Source: a virus
Lineage: Duplodnaviria; Caudoviricetes
Virus record (IMG/VR): IMGVR_UViG_3300017912_004409
Span: 10,719 to 74,718 of that record
Length of the DNA stretch: 64,000 nt
Direction: 5' to 3' (one strand)
The notes beneath the pieces were generated by a model. It made no database searches, was not told where the DNA came from, and saw nothing but the letters and a program-made list of their open reading frames with translations. Every line of letters begins with the position of its first letter. The stretch's first letter is position 1. This document shows, one piece after another, positions 34,843-44,825 of the stretch. The position numbers and the translations under genes are program-made.

Positions 34843-35241
34843 ATGACAGACAAATTTTTAGAAGAAGTAGTTTATGAATTGAGAGGCATCAAAACAATCC
34901 TTGGATCAATGTGGCATTCTAGGTATAAAAACGATGAGACAGATCGAATAAATCCAGAGGCCTATGCTGATGAATATATTTCTACAGAAGAATGCGCAAA
35001 AAGATTAAATATATCAGATCAAACAATTCGCAACTGGATTGCTAAAGCCAAAACACATAAAGACAAAGGATGGATAGAAGGTATTCATTATGTTAATGTC
35101 TGTCCTAACTTTAAATCAAAGCCAGTTATTCGTATTCCTTGGAACGAATTAATTAGAAGCTTTGCTAAAAATAAATCAACTGAAATTGTTGATTTAAGAG
35201 AAAAACGCATGTACCAACCTCAAAATACGGTTCGCCTCTAA
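34843..35241 (+). CDS. HTH (excisionase/MerR-like) DNA-binding protein
   Basis: EYISTEECAKRLNISDQTIRNWI. Confidence 0.75.
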   Translation: MTDKFLEEVVYELRGIKTILGSMWHSRYKNDETDRINPEAYADEYISTEECAKRLNISDQTIRNWIAKAKTHKDKGWIEGIHYVNVCPNFKSKPVIRIPWNELIRSFAKNKSTEIVDLREKRMYQPQNTVRL

Positions 35242-35738
35242 TGTCTAATCTATTAAAAAATATCGATATCTCAGAAGTAACAATTGAGAATAGTTTTGAG
35301 ACACTTCCTTCAAATTTATTTGAGCAGGTTTCAATTTTTTTTCCGCCCTCAGGTTCCTTTGATGATTCTTGTCTTCAAAGATATTTAAAAAATTTAATTG
35401 AATATGAAGAAGAGGATTGTAGTTCTTCTATGTCTTTAACAAATCAACTAAGACTAGCTTTTTCTGATATGAATCCAGATACAATTTGTGGCAAATTTCC
35501 ACAGGCAGAATTGGCTTTAAAAAGAAGGTTGCGTTGTGTTGCTGAGTATTTAATTAGATCTAAAGAATTTGATAAATTAAAGAATGAAAACGGTCAATTA
35601 ATCAAAAAACGAGGAGTTATAGGTAAACTAGTGTGTGTGTACAAGCCACTGCCAAAACTTTTAGAATCATTAAAAAAACAAGGACTTTTAAACAATGAAC
35701 AGACAAGAAAAACTGTTGTCAACCCTTTTGAGAAATAA
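35241..35738 (+). CDS. hypothetical protein
   Basis: Track ORF coupled by TAATG. Confidence 0.7.
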   Translation: MSNLLKNIDISEVTIENSFETLPSNLFEQVSIFFPPSGSFDDSCLQRYLKNLIEYEEEDCSSSMSLTNQLRLAFSDMNPDTICGKFPQAELALKRRLRCVAEYLIRSKEFDKLKNENGQLIKKRGVIGKLVCVYKPLPKLLESLKKQGLLNNEQTRKTVVNPFEK

Positions 35739-36087
35739 ACATGATTCAACTGAAGCGCACATGATTGATACAACTGTGCGCTTTATCTTAAATGATATGG
35801 CTAATATCTATATAGAATTTTGGAAAAACGAGGGTCCAGGGATAATGGTATTTCAGCCTGATAGTCCTGATAGAAGCATGTTTTATTGGACCCTGGAAGA
35901 ACTTCATAATGCTAAAGAAAGTTGCGAAAAAGAAAACAATGGAGATTTAGCTGAAAGTTTTAGACGCATTTTAGAAGCTGCTTCAAAAATCAAACCAGAT
36001 GAAAAAGCAGGTTATTTGATAAATGATAATGAAGGTATAAGATATTTTGAAATAGATTATAACAAAGCTGAGGATGGGAATAACTAA
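35695..36087 (+). CDS. hypothetical protein
   Basis: Track ORF. Confidence 0.7.
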   Translation: MNRQEKLLSTLLRNKHDSTEAHMIDTTVRFILNDMANIYIEFWKNEGPGIMVFQPDSPDRSMFYWTLEELHNAKESCEKENNGDLAESFRRILEAASKIKPDEKAGYLINDNEGIRYFEIDYNKAEDGNN

Positions 36088-36658
36088 AGACTATCGTCGT
36101 GAAGATCAAGAGTTAATTACCAATCCTGATTTGGTTCAATCGGCTCATGCTTTGATGGGTGATATTGATTTAGATGTTGCCAGTTCAGCTGTTGCTAATA
36201 AATATGTTCAAGCTAAGGAATTTTTTAGTCCTCAAGATGATGGTTTAAACGAACAAGAATGGTATGGCAAATGTTATTTATTCCCACCCAGTGGCACATA
36301 CTTCTTTGATAAAAAGAAAGATAAATGGCGTATGACTCGTTGTAATGCAACTGTTATTAATTCTTCTCATTCAGTTTGGTTTCAAAAATTATATCGTTCA
36401 TGGTTAAAAGGCAGTATAGAGCAAGCAATTTTCTTTACAAATTGTACAGATATCATTAGGTATGAACAAAAAATTTTTGATTTTCCTGTTTGTATTTTAA
36501 GGACAGCTCCTGAATTAATTAAAAATTCTAGTAAAGGAATCACAAAACATAGAACCTCTACTTCATTAGTTGTGTATTTGCAACCTAAACATAATTCTGG
36601 AGAGGCTACACAAAATTTTTTAGATATTTATTCCGAAAAAGGTCGCATTTTATATTAA
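36074..36658 (+). CDS. phage N6-adenine methyltransferase homolog with altered catalytic motif
   Basis: GDIDLDVASS..AN..V.A..FFSPQDDGL.EQEW.G matches the phage Dam family, but motif IV reads YLFPPS instead of WLNPPY. Confidence 0.7.
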   Translation: MGITKDYRREDQELITNPDLVQSAHALMGDIDLDVASSAVANKYVQAKEFFSPQDDGLNEQEWYGKCYLFPPSGTYFFDKKKDKWRMTRCNATVINSSHSVWFQKLYRSWLKGSIEQAIFFTNCTDIIRYEQKIFDFPVCILRTAPELIKNSSKGITKHRTSTSLVVYLQPKHNSGEATQNFLDIYSEKGRILY

Positions 36659-36691
36659 ACTGATTAAAGTAATTAAACCTAGAACAGATCA

Positions 36692-37279
36692 ATGACTCTT
36701 TTGTGTGATAAGGAAATTTCTGATTTGGCTATTAATGAAAATATGATCAATCCTTTTACTCCTAAAATTATTAGAGAAGAAAATGGTAGAAAAATTTTAA
36801 GCTATGGTTTGGGTTCTTATGGTTATGATATTAGGCTTTCTCCTTCTCAGTGTGTTGTTTTTGGGCGTATTGGTGTTGGTGAAACAGATCCTAAAAATTT
36901 TAATCAAGATATTTTGCGTCCTATAGAACTCTTAAAGGATGAACGTGGGGAATATTTTTTAATTCCTCCTTATGGTTATTGTTTAGGAGTTGCAGAAGAG
37001 CGTTTAGAGCTACCAGATGATGTTACTGTTGTTGCAATGGGTAAAAGTTCTTATGCAAGAACAGGTATCATTGCCAATATCACCCCGGCAGAAGCTGGTT
37101 GGTGCGGCCATCTTACTTTAGAAATTAGTAATGCTACTCCTTTATTTAACAGAATTTATGCAAATGAAGGCATAATTCAGTTGTTATTTTATAGAGGTAA
37201 TCCTTGTAATATTACTTATCATCAACGCCAGGGTAAATATCAAGACCAGGCAAAGGAAGTAGTTACTTCTAAAGTTTAA
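36692..37279 (+). CDS. dcd: dCTP deaminase
   Basis: SYGLGSYGYDIRL...GKSSYAR.GII...TP.EAGW.GHLTLEISN...IYANEGI.QLLF...YQ.Q. Confidence 0.95.
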   Translation: MTLLCDKEISDLAINENMINPFTPKIIREENGRKILSYGLGSYGYDIRLSPSQCVVFGRIGVGETDPKNFNQDILRPIELLKDERGEYFLIPPYGYCLGVAEERLELPDDVTVVAMGKSSYARTGIIANITPAEAGWCGHLTLEISNATPLFNRIYANEGIIQLLFYRGNPCNITYHQRQGKYQDQAKEVVTSKV

Positions 37280-37650
37280 AAGAAAAAATTACCAAAACTA
37301 GCTTTTTCTGGTTTTTGTGCATAAGCTGTTGATCCTACAGGTCCAAATGATGCTCCTTCATTTGCACTTGTAGGTTCTTTTATAGCTTGACTTTTTAATC
37401 TTCTTCCAGCTGCTTTTGCTGCTCTTAAAAATTTAGCTACACTACTTTGTTTTCTCTCTCCTCTTAAGTTTCCAAACTTAGCGGCAACTCCTTCTTCTTT
37501 TCCAGGGACTCTTCTTAAATCAACATCATAAGCTTGTTCAGGATTTAAATCTGATGACTCAGCTCCTGATGTTCCCGAATCAATTCTTGGGTCGTAAGTT
37601 TGTCTTACTCTACCCGAAAAAGCCTGTTCTGGTTGATATGTTTTTGCCAT
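37276..37650 (-). CDS. hypothetical protein
   Basis: Track ORF 37276..37674; ATG 37650. Confidence 0.65.
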   Translation of the reverse strand: MAKTYQPEQAFSGRVRQTYDPRIDSGTSGAESSDLNPEQAYDVDLRRVPGKEEGVAAKFGNLRGERKQSSVAKFLRAAKAAGRRLKSQAIKEPTSANEGASFGPVGSTAYAQKPEKASFGNFFF

Positions 37651-37683
37651 GTTAATATTGTAAGCGACAGACATCTTAGTAAA

Positions 37684-38052
37684 ATGAAAACCGATTTATT
37701 TTTAGATGGATATTTAAATGAAAATGGTGATGAGCTAACACGTAGAGCTTTATCTATATGTGATTTTGGTCAGCCTTTAGATAATGAAGAAAATGATGTT
37801 CCGCTCTATGATCAATACAATACGGGTTTAGCTCTTACTGAACAAGGGCGCGAACGTATTAATTTAGCTCTGGAGGGAAATCAATGTCCAATGAAAGCAA
37901 GTCGTCCGGGTGTAACAGGAATTATTCCGAGCATGGAGCAGGGTGTTTTGATGGGAGCAATGCCAATGCCCAGGACTTTAGCAACCATACCTTTAATGGG
38001 TATGCCTGTTCAGGAACAAATGCTTGCCATGCAGCGCCAGGGGAAAATGTAA
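37684..38052 (+). CDS. hypothetical protein
   Basis: Track ORF 37600..38052; ATG 37684. Confidence 0.65.
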   Translation: MKTDLFLDGYLNENGDELTRRALSICDFGQPLDNEENDVPLYDQYNTGLALTEQGRERINLALEGNQCPMKASRPGVTGIIPSMEQGVLMGAMPMPRTLATIPLMGMPVQEQMLAMQRQGKM

Positions 38053-38093
38053 TTTCTCAAACTTATCCACCTGTTAGTTTTGAAGCGGTATCA

Positions 38094-38369
38094 ATGAATG
38101 ATATCAACTTTAAAGAATGGGAACGGGCTTGGGAACCACCTATTATTCTTAAATTAGAAAAGGATTCCAACGTAAACAATCCTTCTCATTATCAATCTGA
38201 AAAAATGGAGTGTATTGATGCTATTGAAGCGCAATTAACTTCTGAAGAATTTATGGGATTTTTAAAAGGTAATATTGCTAAATATCTGTGGCGTGAAAAA
38301 GCAAAAGGCGGCGCAGAGTCTTTAAAAAAAGCTAAATGGTATTTAGATAAATTAATTGAAATTAGATGA
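38094..38369 (+). CDS. DUF3310 family protein (T7 gp1.7/SaV-like)
   Basis: VNNPSHY...ECIDAI...GFLKGNIAKYLWRE..KGG.ESLKKAKWYL. Confidence 0.85.
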   Translation: MNDINFKEWERAWEPPIILKLEKDSNVNNPSHYQSEKMECIDAIEAQLTSEEFMGFLKGNIAKYLWREKAKGGAESLKKAKWYLDKLIEIR

Positions 38370-38649
38370 GTTGTGTATCATCTTCATCATCTTCTGTTTC
38401 ATTCTCCTGTGTCATATGAGTAAGTTCTTCTAATTCAAGTTCAGTGGGGATGTCAAATTCAATATTGACACCCTCACTGGCCATGATGTCTTTTACTGCT
38501 GTAATTTCTACTAACCTTTGATGATAGAGATTCAATAATGTATGATATAACTGATCTCGCGTCATATCTGCAGCATGTAATTCAGCTTTGCGCATCGCAA
38601 ATTTGAATTCCAATGGCAGCTCTAATTCGGTAGGTTCTATATAATCCAT
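38362..38649 (-). CDS. nblA: NblA-like phycobilisome degradation adaptor with acidic C-terminal tail
   Basis: LPLEFKFAMRKAELHAADMTRDQLYHTLLNLYHQRLV aligns gap-free by eye with the NblA core LSLEQQF.IR.......MS.DQ....L..LY.Q. Confidence 0.6.
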   Translation of the reverse strand: MDYIEPTELELPLEFKFAMRKAELHAADMTRDQLYHTLLNLYHQRLVEITAVKDIMASEGVNIEFDIPTELELEELTHMTQENETEDDEDDTQLI

Positions 38650-38707
38650 GAAATACTAAATTTTTTTCTATAACTATTTTATCGTTTATTTTAAAAATTA
38701 CACCTTA

Positions 38708-38818
38708 CTATCCCTGTCCTTTTTTTAATTTCTTGTTATGTTTTGGCTTTGAATGCTGACCGTTTCCTTGTCTTGTTTTCTTAGGAGAACCTATGACGTA
38801 GCCACTGCCTTTTTTCAT
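38708..38818 (-). CDS. small basic peptide (36 aa)
   Basis: Hand-translated MKKGSGYVIGSPKKTRQGNGQHSKPKHNKKLKKGQG; a PKKTRQG...GQG type I recall from aquatic phages. Confidence 0.55.
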   Translation of the reverse strand: MKKGSGYVIGSPKKTRQGNGQHSKPKHNKKLKKGQG

Positions 38819-38848
38819 GATCTTGAAAAACTCTTCTTATTATATCTA

Positions 38849-41800
38849 CTATCTCCAGGTAAACAAGTTTCCTAGGTTTCCAAAGGTACTTTCGATACTG
38901 TCTTCTGGGTCTTCTTCGTCTTCATCAAGACTAAAGCTGAATAAACTATCCTCGTCGGTTGTGGCATCTTTTTGTTCCTCGATTGAATCATCAAATACAT
39001 TTTCTAAAGATGTCAATGATGTAAATGGATCAGACAAATCAATTTCAAAATCAGGTATTTTTCCTTGAATAATTTTATCTAAGACTTGCATATCTTCTAA
39101 GCTTTCACCTTCTAAGAAGGTATCAAAAAATTCTTCTTGTGATCCTTGGTAGCCTGTATCTTGAAACAGTTTATAGATTGCAGTAAAGTCTTCTTCATTA
39201 ACTGTGTTATCTTCATCTCTTTCAATATAGGTAGCGCCAAGGCGAGCTTGTGTTGGTTTCAATTCTTTCTTATTTAATAATTCAATTGTTTCTCTAATTT
39301 CAGCTGCTTCAGCTGTTCTTAACACTTCTGCCGCATAGTCTGATAATTCTTCAAAAGTTGTATCACTTCCTAATCCAAAACTTTCTAATAACTCTTTCCA
39401 GGTTTCAGGATTGTCTTCTGGATTTACTCCTCCTAATAAATATTTAATTGCATCATCAGGTGAAACAAACTCACTAAAAACAGTTGGAATTGATGCTGCT
39501 TTATCCGCAATAGTATTTCGTAATATTGTAGCTGATATATTCTGTGGATTTTCAGAACCTGAAAGCATTACTAATCTTGTGTTACCATCTTCGTCAGTTA
39601 CATTAATTCCTTTTGATCCAATCAATTGATAATGCAGTCTCGCAAAAGTATCTAAATCATTAATGGCGTTTTCAATAGTTGTATCATCTAGTCTATTAAT
39701 ATAACCATAATAATAAAGATTTTCTACCCATGTTCCCAAAGAGGGGTTATTGGGGTCAACCAAGCTGGTTGGATCATTGACTGCACGCTCTAAATCTTCT
39801 TGTATTAAATTCTTCTGATTTATATTTTCTGTTCGTTTATTTTCTTGCCATGCTTTTATTTCTTCTTCTGTATTTAAATTCACAGGAGCATATAAATGAT
39901 CATATGGATTTAAATAATAATTTGGATTAAAATCTTTATCGTATTTACCTTCTATTATATTTTGAAATTGTTCTTTTGCTGATTCAAAAGCAGCAATTTT
40001 AACTTCTTCTAAACGGTTAATTGTTTGGAATATATTTTCTTCTCCTTCTTCAACATCCATATAACTAACAAATTCTTCCATTGATTTTGAATAATCAAAT
40101 CTAGGTTTTAAATATGTATTAATAAATTCATTTGCAAAATCATATTCTATTTTTATTTCTTCTCCTTCGCTGTCTTCAAGTTTTAATCCTTGTTTTGCTT
40201 GTGAATACAAAGTATTGTATAAACCATCAAATGTTGATTTAATATCAAATAATTCTTGTTCTTCTTCATCTGTATATCCTGATTTATTTAAAACATAAGT
40301 ATTTCCTTCTTCGTCTTCTATTTCTTGATTAATATCTTTATAAAACATCAATGGTAATAAATTTGGATTATTTAAATCTTCTTCTGTTCTTAATGATGGA
40401 TTATTCATGTAATCTGTAGACAACCCAGTTGCAGCACTTTGAACTAGGTCCAATTTCAAGGTTCCGAACATAGTTTCAGCATCTTGTGCTCTAGACGGCA
40501 ATGATGTTTTCCCTGTCAAGATATTTAATAAAAGTTGTGCTGTGTCTTGTAGTGTTTGATCTGATGACGAAAGAGCCGTTTCGGTTTGCCAACTTTTATC
40601 TACTTCTTTTTTTTGATCTGATGTTAAATATGCATAATCTCTTCTGTATAAATGTTTTGCCCAATCATTTTTATTATCAATGCCCAAAATATTTTTTCTA
40701 TTATTTAATTTTATTTCATACGGTTGATCAATAATCTGTTGTAAAAAATCAGTAAGCTCATTTGCAGTGTTAAATCCAGTTCGATCTACTATTGCTTGAT
40801 GTGGTCGTTTTGTACCATCTGCATTAGTGCGCAATATATCGCTTGGCTCCTTCCAGTATCTTTTTGTTTGTCCATAAGTGTAATAAGGATACTGTTTACT
40901 GTAATCAATTAATTGTCTTCCTATATTAGTAAGCACATTTAATGTTCCTATTCCAATTGATTGAAATGGTGTTTTTTGTTTATCCATATAATCTTTAATT
41001 ACACTTCCCTCTGTTGAACTAAAATAAGTAGATAAATTTTCTTCATCATTTAAAAGGGCATCTTCTTTTAAGCGATCAATAAATTCTTGAGAAAATAAAA
41101 CATCATCTCCTTCATCTAATAAACCTTCCCTATCGCCTCTTTCTTGTTCTATTGTTTCAATAGTTTCTAGTATTTTTTCATTTACTTTGTTTAACATTTC
41201 GTCTGATACATTTCCTGTATATTCATTAATAAAAGTTGAACCTTTTAAATTTTGTTTTGCTAGCTCTTGTTCTTCTTGTAGTGTATTTGCAAAAGCTTGA
41301 GATCTAATTGTTTCAATAAATCTATCTGCCTCCACTTCTGCATATTTAGTTGTTAAAGTTTCATCAAACCATTTTTGCCAATTGTATGTAACATTATTTG
41401 AAATGCCTGATAAATCTTGAAATTTATTTGCCCAATCAGTTTTTAAATCATTAATACTCGTATCACCTCCAAAGGCCATAACCATTCCAAGGCCATCTCC
41501 TAATAAATTATCTGCTAATACCTCACCTAAATTAAATACTTCTTTTAATCCGCCGATATTCATTAATGTATCAAATTCTAGTTCTTGTTTTCTTATGGTT
41601 TCTAATTGTTTTATTGTTTCATTTCTTGCATCTTTAAATAAGACATCAAATTTTTTATTTTCTGTTATTTCATTTGGAGCCAAATATTTTAATGCTTCTA
41701 TCTCTCTATACTCATCTCCTGCTTCCATTAAGTATGTATTTTTTTCATCTTCTTCCAAATTGACAACAGCTTCAGATAACATTGTTTTTAATTGATCAAA

Positions 41801-44104
41801 ATCAATTTCTTCATCTTCTGGAATTTGAGGTAAATCTAAATCTTCTAAAATTTGAGGTAAACTGTCAGGATCACTTATTACTCTATTAATTAAAGATTCT
41901 GAAATTATTGAGTTTGCAAAGTCAGGATCAGATTCTAATAAACTTGAAGTATCTGCACCCAGTGATAAATTTCTAAGCATTTGATATTCATAATCTGTTG
42001 GGGCAATGTTTCGATTGTAATTATCTACATTTGTTGGAGTGTCCCCTTTATATCCTCTTATGCCATTTAAATATCCATATTTTCTATAATGTGCTTTCCA
42101 ATAATTAGTTTGACCTTCTGCTAGCATTTCTGCTGCTAATTCTTGATTTTCTGGGCTTTGACTTCCCATTAATGCAATCATTTGTGTTGCAGGTAATGGG
42201 GTAAATCTAAATATGGTATCCCAGTCTCCTTTTTCTAACGCTTCTTCCCATAAATCATTTCCTGAGTCAGCAAAAACTTGATCTGGTTCATATAAAGCTA
42301 ATTGACCTTTATAAAAAATAGGATCAAATTCTGTATCTACTGCTTCTCCTGTTTTAAATTTTATTGGGTCAATTTCTAAATCATCTCTCCATTGATTGGG
42401 TTGAATAATTTCATTAGCCCAAAATAATTGTGCAGCTTGTAAAATATCTCTTTTTTGTCGTTCTGAAAAAAAGTTTGATGAGCGATCAAATATACTACTA
42501 TCTACATAATTGTTACCCGTTGCTGCAACAAGATTGTCTAGATCAAAAATCCAAAAATCAATGTCTTTCCATTGAACATCGTAACCCTGTTCTGCTTTTT
42601 GTTTTAATACAAGTAATCTTCTTTCTATTTCTTTAATTGCTTTTGTTTGTTGTGCTGCCAAAGTATGACTGTCAATATGCATTGCTTTATTATCATGAGT
42701 TCTAACTCTTAAATTTCCTTCTCCAGTATCTTTATCATATCCATAAAAAATCCCAACAACATCTGGATCGGATTCAGGTTGAAATTCATCAGGCAGTGCG
42801 CCCCCGGGGAATTGTTCTACAAAATCCCAATAAGGATGGTCTGGATCGTATCTATATGACAGTTTCCCTTCTCCAAATATTTCCTTTTGTTTTTGGCGCA
42901 TATCATTAATTGTTTTTTGCATCTGTTGTTGATACTCTGCATACACGACATCATATGGCGTTAATATGGCTGTCGGACTTTGGTACGTTGGAGCTTGTGA
43001 TACTTTGGACCCGATTGATCTTGATAAACGTTGAGGACTAATAATAAAAGATTCATCAAAATTTAAAATATTTGGATTATCATTTGTTCTTGACATAGAA
43101 TTTAATCTAGGAAAATCTTTAGCACTATAAAGACGATCCGACTCAGGTATATTTTCTATATCTTCTCTTGGTGGTGTTACACTGCCATTTTCAATCGCTT
43201 GTGCTAAGTCAAAATGGCCACCATAACCTGCACTTAAAAATATCTTTGTTGCTTTAAGTTTTCCATCATTTTTATCTTTATATATTAAATATTTATCATT
43301 ATCAATTTCTGATCCACGGTAAACTTGTCCGTCTGGAGCTAATACATTTGTAGCATCTCTTTGGTCAGGTGGTAATGCTGAACCCCAAGAAGGTAGATTT
43401 TTATTATATTCTTCCCAAATTTTATCATTAGCTCTATGTGTTCTTAACCAATAAAGATCGCTCTTTGCTCCATATTTATACGTACCTTCGTCAATCATCC
43501 ATTTATTTTTTCTAATATTTTCTATAAGCGGTCCTGCATAGCTCATCTCTAAATTTTCTGGCATTGTAAAATTAGGTTCATATTGTTGTATCCAAGCTTC
43601 TAACTCTTTATCATTCATTACTGGGTTACCCCATCGATCTAATTCTCCTTCACTTGTTGGATCTGTGCCATATAATCTTTCCATTTGAGCAGAAAGCTCA
43701 GCTGGAGTGTTATTAAATGTAGTAGTACCATCTGGTTGAATTGTAGTTTCATCCAGGGGTAAATCTCCTTCTGAGTTTAAATCTATTTCTGATTCAGCCT
43801 GATTATTTTCTGAATCGTTATTATTTATATTTGGTATCGTTTCTTCTGTATCGTTTTTTGCTTCTTCTGTTTGTTTGAAATAATCTTGTACTTGAGCTGT
43901 TTCAGTCGAATTTAATTGTCTGCCTAACGCTTCTTCTGCTAAATCTTGTAATTGATTAATCCATTCTTCAGTATATGGACCCTCATTAAATAAATTTTGA
44001 CCACCTACGTTCATATAGGGATCAACCAATCCCATTTTATTATTCTCATTTAACCAATTTAAAATTTCACCATAAACAGAAGGTATAGAAGGTGTTTGTG
44101 CCAT
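38849..44104 (-). CDS. very large acidic protein (1751 aa), probably virion-associated
   Basis: Long uninterrupted ORF in the late arm; D/E-rich; no catalytic motif recognised. Confidence 0.8.
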   Translation of the reverse strand: MAQTPSIPSVYGEILNWLNENNKMGLVDPYMNVGGQNLFNEGPYTEEWINQLQDLAEEALGRQLNSTETAQVQDYFKQTEEAKNDTEETIPNINNNDSENNQAESEIDLNSEGDLPLDETTIQPDGTTTFNNTPAELSAQMERLYGTDPTSEGELDRWGNPVMNDKELEAWIQQYEPNFTMPENLEMSYAGPLIENIRKNKWMIDEGTYKYGAKSDLYWLRTHRANDKIWEEYNKNLPSWGSALPPDQRDATNVLAPDGQVYRGSEIDNDKYLIYKDKNDGKLKATKIFLSAGYGGHFDLAQAIENGSVTPPREDIENIPESDRLYSAKDFPRLNSMSRTNDNPNILNFDESFIISPQRLSRSIGSKVSQAPTYQSPTAILTPYDVVYAEYQQQMQKTINDMRQKQKEIFGEGKLSYRYDPDHPYWDFVEQFPGGALPDEFQPESDPDVVGIFYGYDKDTGEGNLRVRTHDNKAMHIDSHTLAAQQTKAIKEIERRLLVLKQKAEQGYDVQWKDIDFWIFDLDNLVAATGNNYVDSSIFDRSSNFFSERQKRDILQAAQLFWANEIIQPNQWRDDLEIDPIKFKTGEAVDTEFDPIFYKGQLALYEPDQVFADSGNDLWEEALEKGDWDTIFRFTPLPATQMIALMGSQSPENQELAAEMLAEGQTNYWKAHYRKYGYLNGIRGYKGDTPTNVDNYNRNIAPTDYEYQMLRNLSLGADTSSLLESDPDFANSIISESLINRVISDPDSLPQILEDLDLPQIPEDEEIDFDQLKTMLSEAVVNLEEDEKNTYLMEAGDEYREIEALKYLAPNEITENKKFDVLFKDARNETIKQLETIRKQELEFDTLMNIGGLKEVFNLGEVLADNLLGDGLGMVMAFGGDTSINDLKTDWANKFQDLSGISNNVTYNWQKWFDETLTTKYAEVEADRFIETIRSQAFANTLQEEQELAKQNLKGSTFINEYTGNVSDEMLNKVNEKILETIETIEQERGDREGLLDEGDDVLFSQEFIDRLKEDALLNDEENLSTYFSSTEGSVIKDYMDKQKTPFQSIGIGTLNVLTNIGRQLIDYSKQYPYYTYGQTKRYWKEPSDILRTNADGTKRPHQAIVDRTGFNTANELTDFLQQIIDQPYEIKLNNRKNILGIDNKNDWAKHLYRRDYAYLTSDQKKEVDKSWQTETALSSSDQTLQDTAQLLLNILTGKTSLPSRAQDAETMFGTLKLDLVQSAATGLSTDYMNNPSLRTEEDLNNPNLLPLMFYKDINQEIEDEEGNTYVLNKSGYTDEEEQELFDIKSTFDGLYNTLYSQAKQGLKLEDSEGEEIKIEYDFANEFINTYLKPRFDYSKSMEEFVSYMDVEEGEENIFQTINRLEEVKIAAFESAKEQFQNIIEGKYDKDFNPNYYLNPYDHLYAPVNLNTEEEIKAWQENKRTENINQKNLIQEDLERAVNDPTSLVDPNNPSLGTWVENLYYYGYINRLDDTTIENAINDLDTFARLHYQLIGSKGINVTDEDGNTRLVMLSGSENPQNISATILRNTIADKAASIPTVFSEFVSPDDAIKYLLGGVNPEDNPETWKELLESFGLGSDTTFEELSDYAAEVLRTAEAAEIRETIELLNKKELKPTQARLGATYIERDEDNTVNEEDFTAIYKLFQDTGYQGSQEEFFDTFLEGESLEDMQVLDKIIQGKIPDFEIDLSDPFTSLTSLENVFDDSIEEQKDATTDEDSLFSFSLDEDEEDPEDSIESTFGNLGNLFTWR

Positions 44105-44481
44105 TATGCGCTTACGTTTTTATTTATATAATTACTAGTATACTGAAAAAGATCAATTACTTCTTTTTTTATCCATTCTTGAATTTTATTTAATTTTTCT
44201 TCAGTAAAAAATTTTTGTTTGCTATACCACTCGATCATGTCAAGAGAGCCTTTATTTGAATTACAACGTTGGCAACAGGGCAATAAATTGTTACGATTAC
44301 TAGAGCCAGATTTAAAACGTGGGACTATGTGGTCTAATGATGTTGCTGGTTCCCCGCAATATCCACAACAATGATCCCAGGACTTGTATATTTCTTCTCT
44401 AAATCGTTTTTTTGCAAGTTTTGGCGTTATCTCAACTAGTAGTGCAAGGGCATCGGTTTCCGTTGCGAACATAGTATTCAA
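44104..44481 (-). CDS. HNH endonuclease
   Basis: CGYCG...LDHIVPR..SG.S.RNNLLPCC..CN..KGS. Confidence 0.85.
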   Translation of the reverse strand: MNTMFATETDALALLVEITPKLAKKRFREEIYKSWDHCCGYCGEPATSLDHIVPRFKSGSSNRNNLLPCCQRCNSNKGSLDMIEWYSKQKFFTEEKLNKIQEWIKKEVIDLFQYTSNYINKNVSA

Positions 44482-44588
44482 TTGCCATTATCTTATTTTA
44501 ATATGTGCTAAATCTAACAAAAGAAACCGGGTGCCCTATTGACTTTTGTTTCCATACGCTTAGCTTATATATGCACCAGGTTTTTCCA

Positions 44589-44825
44589 ATGTCAAGAACT
44601 CATGGCTGGGTCACCGCCAACCAAATGTCAAAAGAGCTTAACATTGATAAAAAGGAACTTTTTAAGCTAAGGGATAACGGTACATTTAATCTTGGTGCCC
44701 ACTATGCTGCTTTCGATAAAATTACTTTTTCCAGAGACAGCTATCTTTGGAATAAAAATGCCGTCAAGAATGACTGGGAGAAAGCTCGGGCGTACGAACA
44801 AACTTCTTATTCAGCTTCTGTTTAG
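44589..44825 (+). CDS. winged-HTH / excisionase-like protein
   Basis: WVTANQMSKELNIDKKELFKLR...G.F..G.HY; ATG 44589 in track ORF 44505..44825. Confidence 0.55.
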   Translation: MSRTHGWVTANQMSKELNIDKKELFKLRDNGTFNLGAHYAAFDKITFSRDSYLWNKNAVKNDWEKARAYEQTSYSASV

